Of a stretch of DNA of 64,000 nt, positions 57,866 to 64,000 are shown piece by piece (the stretch's first letter is position 1; each line of letters starts with the position of its first letter). Both the position numbers and the translations under genes were made by a program. The notes under the pieces are model-generated. The model saw only the letters and a list, made by a program, of their open reading frames with translations, was not told the origin of the DNA and did no database searches. The stretch comes from an uncultured virus (IMG/VR IMGVR_UViG_3300037067_002170). Lineage: Duplodnaviria > Heunggongvirae > Uroviricota > Caudoviricetes. The stretch spans positions 1 through 64,000 of IMG/VR virus record IMGVR_UViG_3300037067_002170, one strand, 5' to 3'.

Positions 57866-59578
57866 ATGTCAGTTGCAAGAGTGTCGGGTCACCCCGATTA
57901 TAGTAATGACGGGACTTCCCGCTTCATACCGGAATTGTGGTCGGGTAAGTTTCTCGTTAAATATTACATGGCTACCTTCTGGAGGGATATCACAAATACC
58001 GACTATGAAGGCGAGATCAAAAACCAGGGCGATACGGTTATCATCCGTACCATCCCTACCCTGACCATCAATGATTATCAGAAGGGTCAGAAACTCAACT
58101 ACGAGCGCCCTGAGTCTACTCCGCTTGAGATGGTTATCGACAAGGGAAAATACTGGGGCTTCACTGTTGACGACATCGACGCATATCAGTCCGATATGAA
58201 GTTGATGAATGCGTTCTCGCAGGATGCTGGTGAGCAGTTGAAGATCACGGTTGACGCCGATGTTCTCCAGGGAATCACCTATGGCTCCGCTGGAACGTTC
58301 CCTGGCTCGTCTTATAATGCTGGCGCTACTGCCGGTTATGAGAGTTCGAGCTTTAATCTGGGTGCCTCTGGCTCCCCTGTTCAGCTTACTAAAGCCAACG
58401 TCCTTGACTACATCATCGACTGCGGTACGGTTCTTGATGAACAGAATATTCCGAGCACTGGCCGTTGGATGGTTATCCCCTCCTGGATGTCTAACCTTTT
58501 GATTAAGTCTGATCTTAAGGATGCCTCCATGATTGGTGGAGAGTCCACGTTGAGAAATGGGAGAATAGGTGTGATTGAATCTCGATCCCTTGCACAGTAA
58601 TGTGCATTGAATAACTGGGTGAATTCAGGGAAAGCTAAATTATGTGGATACTGATCGGACAAGAAAAAGCAACTGATGGAAGAACGATGAATCGCTGGAA
58701 ATGCGGAGCGTGTGGATATGAATCCTGTTCCAGGTTTAAGCGATCTCAAGATCACATCAAATGCAAAAAGTGCTTGACGATCGAACGCAATAGGGCAACA
58801 TTCGGTAAGCATCGTGGAGTTGGTGATCTTACCAGTACATTCTTTACATATTTCAAGGGCGTAGCAAGAAGAAGGGGTATATCTTTTTCTGTTACCATTG
58901 AAGAGTTGTGGGATCTTTTTGTGAAACAGGGAGGCAAGTGCGCCCTGTCTGGATTACCGATCACTCTTTCCAGGTGCGTATACCGGGGAAATTATGAAGC
59001 GTGTACATCTTCCATTGATCGCATTAATTCACACAAGGGGTACGAGTTGGATAATGTCCAATGGGTACACAAATATGTGAATGTAATGAAAAATGGTTTT
59101 GCCCAAGATGAGTTTATTCATCTGTGTCACAAAGTAGCTACACAACATGCTGATCCTGAGCCAAGCTCTCTGAAAGGGTATTTGCTAAAAGACGGAGAGA
59201 AGGTGCAGAGACTAACTGGTGAGGAATCCCTTTCCAATAAACCAGACACGAGCGCCCGGCATCCTTTAAAGAAGGATGATGATATAGTCCGACACTCCAA
59301 GGAAACTCGGAGGATGCTTTTAAGTGAAGCAGCATAAACATTTGGACACCTTTACTCTTTATAAAAGTAACAACCTGTACAGCGCTACAGACGGTTCCTT
59401 CACGGGTTACTACATCCCGTTTGGTACCAACACGGCTACCTCCTTTGCGGCACAGATCACCAAGACCGAATCGCTTAGGGCAGAATCTACCTTTGGCGAT
59501 CTCATCCGTGGCCTTATGGTCTATGGTTATAAGGTTGTTAAACCCGAAGCTCTTGGGCTTCTGTACGCACGTAAGTAA
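57866..59578 (+). CDS. Major capsid protein, two exons (57866-58576, 59345-59578; 314 aa spliced)
   Basis: FIPELWSG, NTDYEGEIK..GDTV.I; spliced NGRIGVI|DTFTLYKSNNL; FGDLIRGLMVYGYKVVKPEAL. Confidence 0.92.
58577..59344 (+). mobile_element. Group I self-splicing intron (768 nt) in the capsid gene
   Basis: Exon ends in U pairing with G in P1 (GATTGA/TCGATC); P2 with GTAA loop; P GAATTCAGGGAA; Q ATCCTGAGCCAAG; R GTGCAGAGACTA; S GATATAGTCC; P3 CTGGGTG/CGCCCGG; terminal G. Confidence 0.95.
58642..59337 (+). CDS. Intron-encoded HNH-type homing endonuclease
   Basis: Q.GKCALSGL; SIDRINSHKGY..DNVQWVHK.VN.MK; N-terminal CxxC pairs. Confidence 0.9.
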   Translation: MWILIGQEKATDGRTMNRWKCGACGYESCSRFKRSQDHIKCKKCLTIERNRATFGKHRGVGDLTSTFFTYFKGVARRRGISFSVTIEELWDLFVKQGGKCALSGLPITLSRCVYRGNYEACTSSIDRINSHKGYELDNVQWVHKYVNVMKNGFAQDEFIHLCHKVATQHADPEPSSLKGYLLKDGEKVQRLTGEESLSNKPDTSARHPLKKDDDIVRHSKETRRMLLSEAA

Positions 59579-59604
59579 GACTCTAGGAAAGGAGAAAGCA
59601 AACT

Positions 59605-60087
59605 ATGGCTAACACTTATGATTTTACGGTAGCAGCAGAGGGCGGGATGAACGCCCCCTGGGATCGCCACGAGAACTTCTTCATTATGAAGAAAACGATT
59701 GACTTTGGCGACAGCGATGTCCTTACGGCTGATCTCGCGTCTGACGACACCTATCAATTGTTCGACATCCCGGCCAACACCTACGTTCTTGGCGCTTGGC
59801 TGGTGGTTACGGAAGCGGAAGCTACCAATACCACGGCTACTCTGGCTATTGGTGACACTAACAGCACCGCTGGGTATCTGACTGCAACCGAAGTTAAGGT
59901 TACCGGTGGGTTCGGTGGACTTAAGGCTGGCTCAGAAGCATATCGTGCTCTTGCTGGACGGTTCTACGGGTCTGGCCAGGGAGATGCGGATGGTGCTGCT
60001 GAGAGGGTTATCTCTGCCATCGCTGGCACAGCTGCTCTTAGCAATGCGGTAATCGACTTCTATGTGGCCGGTATTAAAATGACCTAA
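59605..60087 (+). CDS. Capsid decoration/minor head protein
   Basis: AAAGGAG RBS; follows the capsid gene; IPANTYVL; terminator follows. Confidence 0.65.
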   Translation: MANTYDFTVAAEGGMNAPWDRHENFFIMKKTIDFGDSDVLTADLASDDTYQLFDIPANTYVLGAWLVVTEAEATNTTATLAIGDTNSTAGYLTATEVKVTGGFGGLKAGSEAYRALAGRFYGSGQGDADGAAERVISAIAGTAALSNAVIDFYVAGIKMT

Positions 60088-60098
60088 GGAATAAACAC

Positions 60099-60125
60099 GG
60101 GGCCGGGGTAACTCCCGGCTCCTTA
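60099..60125 (+). terminator. Intrinsic terminator after the capsid genes
   Basis: GGGGCCGGG-GTAACT-CCCGGCTCC followed by TTAA. Confidence 0.7.
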
Positions 60126-60188
60126 ACTATCCTCTCGCGGGTAGGCTCCATTGCTCAGTCCCGTATTGGATGAAAGGAGTATTAAATT

Positions 60189-61127
60189 ATGGCAAGACAT
60201 GAACAGTTTAGCGTGAACGAACTGACCGTGAACAAGATTTTTAATCCCTATGGGTCAAACATTACCCCTGGGGCAAACCCCACTGGTGCTATGGATTACT
60301 TTGTTGATCTCAACACGAGCAATTCTACGGCAGATGGACTCAGTTGGGATACGGCATTCGATACGATTGCTGAAGCCATTACCGCATCTAATGCATCTAT
60401 TGGGCTTGCTGCTAATCGTTGGTGGGCTAGACGGAACAGAATCTTTGTTTTGGGCGATGGTATTACTGAATCACTGACCGTTCTCCCCGAAAAGTGCGAC
60501 ATTATCGGTTGCGGGTCCGACCTTTATCCCTTCCCTCGCGTTACTGGTGCGCATACGATTGAGGTTGCTAAGGTTGGTTGCCGATTCATCAATATGGGGT
60601 TCCAGGCCAGTGGCACCGGTGATCTTTTTGTTGCTCCTGCGGCATGTCACGGGCTTTCTTTCCTCGGCTGCACCTTTACATCTTCTGCTGCTGGAAATAC
60701 CAAGGCCCTGGAAATCACTGACTGTGCTCACGTAAGGATCGAAGGTTGTAACTTCCAGCCCGGAGCTGGTGTTGCTACCACGGGTCTGTTCGCTCTCGGC
60801 ATCGGAATCGAAGGGACGGCCTCTATTCATGATCTCTATATCGCTGGTAACAGGATCTTCGCTACGGCAGGTATCGCAATTGCTGCTGGCGATCTGAATG
60901 GCAGCGTTGTGGAAAACAACATCATCAGATGTATGGGTTCTGGCAAGGCTTGTGTTGACAGTTCCAGTGAAGTAGCTTTCATTAACAATAGGCTCATGAC
61001 CGCTATCAACGATTTGGCAGTTGCTAGTTCCTGTACATGGAACGCTGCTATCGCAGTTGGTAACCTGCTTAATACGGTTCAGGCTCGTAACGCTGATATC
61101 CCAATCCAGGTTGTTATGACCTCCTAA
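60189..61127 (+). CDS. Right-handed beta-helix (pectin-lyase-like) virion protein
   Basis: DGLSWDTAFDTIAEAI; repeated I.GC.F / I.GN.I / V.NN.I coils. Confidence 0.75.
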   Translation: MARHEQFSVNELTVNKIFNPYGSNITPGANPTGAMDYFVDLNTSNSTADGLSWDTAFDTIAEAITASNASIGLAANRWWARRNRIFVLGDGITESLTVLPEKCDIIGCGSDLYPFPRVTGAHTIEVAKVGCRFINMGFQASGTGDLFVAPAACHGLSFLGCTFTSSAAGNTKALEITDCAHVRIEGCNFQPGAGVATTGLFALGIGIEGTASIHDLYIAGNRIFATAGIAIAAGDLNGSVVENNIIRCMGSGKACVDSSSEVAFINNRLMTAINDLAVASSCTWNAAIAVGNLLNTVQARNADIPIQVVMTS

Positions 61128-61199
61128 GATTAACCCCCTTCCCCAGGGAGAATCAGGACCGTCCTGCTCTTCTCCCTGGACCTCCTTAAAGGACGCACC

Positions 61200-61343
61200 G
61201 TGGAAATGATTCAGTGCAGAAAATGTCTTACCACCCAGGAGTATAAGGGTGAGAAATGCGTAGTCTGCGGTAAACCATTTCTTGGTCCGTATGTTCCCGA
61301 AGCAAAGAAACCCAAACGATCACGTAAGAAGAAGGAGGCGTAA
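61200..61343 (+). CDS. 47-aa zinc-ribbon basic protein (not in the ORF track)
   Basis: AAAGGA RBS, GTG start, CRKC...CVVCG; stop overlaps the next ATG. Confidence 0.55.
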   Translation: MEMIQCRKCLTTQEYKGEKCVVCGKPFLGPYVPEAKKPKRSRKKKEA

Positions 61344-62263
61344 TGACTTCCGCTGAATATTTAACATCTATTCGTCAGTGGTTGAACGATGAAGTATCTA
61401 CCACTTACAAATGGACTACCTCCGAGCTTATCAATTATATTAACTATGCGTTTGATGAGCTGGCTAGGGACTCCGAGTATTTTAAGGATGCATACACTAG
61501 TGCAGTAGCAGAGGTAACACTTGTTGCTGGAACATCTGATTATGCTCTAGATTCTCGTGTTACCAAGATAAACTCGGTCAGGATGGCCGGAGAAACCACA
61601 AACTTGGATAGTATTTCCACACACGATCTAACGGAATACTCTATTACGTGGCGTTATAATAACTCGTTATACGGTGCGGACATCTCGTTTGCCGATAGTA
61701 ATCCAGACACGATCATATCGACCACTACTGACCTCACTAGCGCCGACTTTGGTGATACAGACTACCTGGAAATCAGTGGGTGTGTGACAGCTGCCAACAA
61801 CAAGGTGGTGCTTTCCGCCTCTATTGCTGAACACCTTATCACGCTAGCAACGGCTGCTACACTTACGGCCAGGGTTGCGGGCGACCCAATTTTGCTGCGC
61901 TCTGTTAATGTTGGCACTCCAACTAAATACACCCTTGATTATAGAGATGGGTATATTACGTTGTTTCCCGCCCCTGACACTGCCAATAAGTTGTTCATGC
62001 ATGTAGACCGCTGGCCTCTTACTCCGTGGACTTCGGCCAACTATGGAACGGAGAGCGTACCGTTTAATGCCCACTATCATCAAGAGCTAGTACACGGTCC
62101 CTTGTCCCTTGCTTATCTTAAATCTGGACCATCTACGTTTAATGTTGATAAAGCTTCTATACACAAAGGGGAGTTCACCCTTCTGAAAAAGAAGATCAAA
62201 AGAGATCTACTTAACCTAAGGGGGAAATCGGCAAATCTTTCACCAGCACGTGGGGCATTGTAA
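61343..62263 (+). CDS. Head-tail adaptor / tail tubular A-like protein with internal inserted domain
   Basis: W...ELINYIN.A; LVAGTSDYAL; GTP..Y......LFPAPD; YHQELV. Confidence 0.75.
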   Translation: MTSAEYLTSIRQWLNDEVSTTYKWTTSELINYINYAFDELARDSEYFKDAYTSAVAEVTLVAGTSDYALDSRVTKINSVRMAGETTNLDSISTHDLTEYSITWRYNNSLYGADISFADSNPDTIISTTTDLTSADFGDTDYLEISGCVTAANNKVVLSASIAEHLITLATAATLTARVAGDPILLRSVNVGTPTKYTLDYRDGYITLFPAPDTANKLFMHVDRWPLTPWTSANYGTESVPFNAHYHQELVHGPLSLAYLKSGPSTFNVDKASIHKGEFTLLKKKIKRDLLNLRGKSANLSPARGAL

Positions 62264-64000
62264 TGGCGAATCCAACTCTGAGATCCAAGTCCCATGCGAT
62301 AGAAGGGGTACGTATAGTGCCAGAGATGGACTATATCCCGTTTCAAGGTGGAATGGATACCTACCACGAGATATATCAGTTGCCCCTGTCTGGATATTCT
62401 AATATCGTCAATTATCGCCCTATGCGTCCAGGGTTTCGCAAACGCAAGGGAGCCCTCAAGTTGCACAGCACACCCGATAGCTCCAACAAGGTAATGTCGA
62501 TGTATATGTACTCCAAAGGCAAACAGTCGTCGTTGGAGTTTTTTGCGCAGATGAGTGATGGCGATGTACTAAAGGCCACCAATAATCCTCCTGCTGTTAC
62601 AACTGGGGCGTTCGGATCTGCCGCATACACGTCAGCCGCGCCCTCAACCATGCTACCCGCTTCCTGGGCTATCATCAACGATCGGATGATGTATGCTGAT
62701 GGCACTAATGGAGGCAAGATATATTCCTCTACCAACGAGAAGGTTGGTGGGTTCATCGTCTATATCGGGGCAGAGACTATCCCTGTTATCCCCACTAAGG
62801 GTGAGGACTGGACGTTGCAGGTGATAGATGACAGCTTGACTACATATGCTGAGGTTGGGTCTCTTTCTACCCTTGCAGCATATGACTGTATCTATATCAA
62901 AACAGATACCCCCGCTAACACGTTTAATTTCCTCTTCAGCGCATTAAATGTCGATGCCGCAGTGTTCCAGTTGCACTATTGGAACGGCGACTGGGCGGCA
63001 ACGTCAGGCTTCTCAGACGGTACTTCGTTAACCTCCTGTGGATTTGGACAACCTGGAGCAATGACATGGACCGATACGACAGACCATCGTCCACATTATA
63101 TGTTTGGGCAACCCGGATATTGGTATCGTTTGTCGTTGGCATCTGGAGCCCTTAGCGCTGGAGCCCAGGTGTGTTCGGTAACCTACAACTCTAGTTGGAA
63201 CTCCCTTCAGAATGTGTGGGACGGTATTCCCATTGCTGCTGCCGAAAGCTATGTCTATAACGCAGACGATGCTACATATGCATTCTACGCTAGTTCCTCT
63301 ATTGATATTGGCGGTATGACATCAACCGGCAAGTATTACTTCAACTCCAAGTATCCAGTGATCGGGATGTATGTGTCGGTTGGTAGTGTACCAAATACAA
63401 CGGCAGCTACGACAGCGGCTATTAAGTACTGGAACTCTACGAGTTTTACTGCTGTAGCCGGGACATCCGACGCCACCATTGAGGATGCTAAGTCTCACGC
63501 TAAGGATGGATGGATCACTTGGAATCATCCTACCGATGAACAGCCGACCATGTTCCAATCAGCCGAGTACTTCTCCTACTGGTATGAGGTTAGTTTCGAT
63601 ACTACCATTGCAGACGACATGACTATCAGTGTAGAGGTTATGCCGTACTTATCTATGGATGACTACGGGAACTGCTTGGCACTATCTACCTTCAAGACAC
63701 GCATGGCATATGGATATAAGTATCTCCCCGGATACGTGTTACTCTCTGCGAGTATCAACCCCATGACGCTGGAAGGATCTGATGCTATCATTCGAGACAT
63801 TGGAGATGGTAGGGCTAACGATATTACCTGCATCAAGAAGTTCTACAATGAGATCATCGTATGGCAGGCAGAGAAGGGCAAGGATGGTGGGTGTACAACT
63901 CTCGTTGAGGGATACGATAAGGACACCATCGGTATCAGGTTGATCTCCACCAAGTACGGAACGTTCTCTGCCAAGTCAGCAGTGGTTGTGGAGGATGTGC
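62263..64000 (+). CDS. Tail tubular B / stabilisation-like protein (3'-partial)
   Basis: ATG overlaps the adaptor stop; open to the window end (MANPTLRS...PFQGGMDT...RKRKG); expected position after the adaptor. Confidence 0.65.
   Translation, partial: MANPTLRSKSHAIEGVRIVPEMDYIPFQGGMDTYHEIYQLPLSGYSNIVNYRPMRPGFRKRKGALKLHSTPDSSNKVMSMYMYSKGKQSSLEFFAQMSDGDVLKATNNPPAVTTGAFGSAAYTSAAPSTMLPASWAIINDRMMYADGTNGGKIYSSTNEKVGGFIVYIGAETIPVIPTKGEDWTLQVIDDSLTTYAEVGSLSTLAAYDCIYIKTDTPANTFNFLFSALNVDAAVFQLHYWNGDWAATSGFSDGTSLTSCGFGQPGAMTWTDTTDHRPHYMFGQPGYWYRLSLASGALSAGAQVCSVTYNSSWNSLQNVWDGIPIAAAESYVYNADDATYAFYASSSIDIGGMTSTGKYYFNSKYPVIGMYVSVGSVPNTTAATTAAIKYWNSTSFTAVAGTSDATIEDAKSHAKDGWITWNHPTDEQPTMFQSAEYFSYWYEVSFDTTIADDMTISVEVMPYLSMDDYGNCLALSTFKTRMAYGYKYLPGYVLLSASINPMTLEGSDAIIRDIGDGRANDITCIKKFYNEIIVWQAEKGKDGGCTTLVEGYDKDTIGIRLISTKYGTFSAKSAVVVEDV

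Noticed and set aside
59324..59578. 84-aa ORF as an independent gene
   Set aside because: It is capsid exon 2; its first seven codons lie within the intron.
1..64000. Genome-wide stop-codon reassignment
   Set aside because: TAA, TAG and TGA all end genes at tight junctions, coding density is high in the standard code, and no suppressor tRNA is present; only two isolated internal stops occur.

Overview
This window is almost all of one tailed dsDNA phage genome. It looks podovirus-like: tail tubular/adaptor genes and large internal-virion genes are present, and no tape measure or sheath is seen. It appears circularly permuted, because the structural gene running off the right end is probably the same gene entering at the left end. 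The + strand carries morphogenesis genes. At 41.9-64 kb these are TerS, TerL, portal, a fibre/lysis block, scaffold, major capsid and tail proteins. At 0-14 kb they are a Cys-rich protein, ejection-type proteins and a 2913-aa polyvalent protein. The - strand (14.1-41.7 kb) carries replication/recombination genes (Cas4-like nuclease, Sak4-like ATPase, SSB, ERCC4 nuclease, prim-pol/helicase), two tRNAs and many accessory genes (radical SAM, CX5R phosphatase, M28-like peptidase, Rnl2-like RNA ligase, phosphoesterases). The packaging/head genes are heavily invaded by selfish elements: two inteins in TerL (one ending in Gln), an Ala-start class-3-type intein in the portal, and a group I intron with an HNH ORF in the capsid gene. 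The most intriguing spot is a free-standing HNH gene coupled to a phosphoesterase whose catalytic DxH motif is followed by a 7-nt stop-containing insertion. This is a candidate miniature ribosomal-bypass cassette analogous to T4 mobA/gene 60. Also notable are a short-D-arm tRNA-Gln nested inside an apparently real ORF, candidate structured RNAs, a Gly/Lys micropeptide behind an extended Shine-Dalgarno, and a nested (domain-in-domain) virion protein. All family assignments are from motif recognition by eye; no searches were run.
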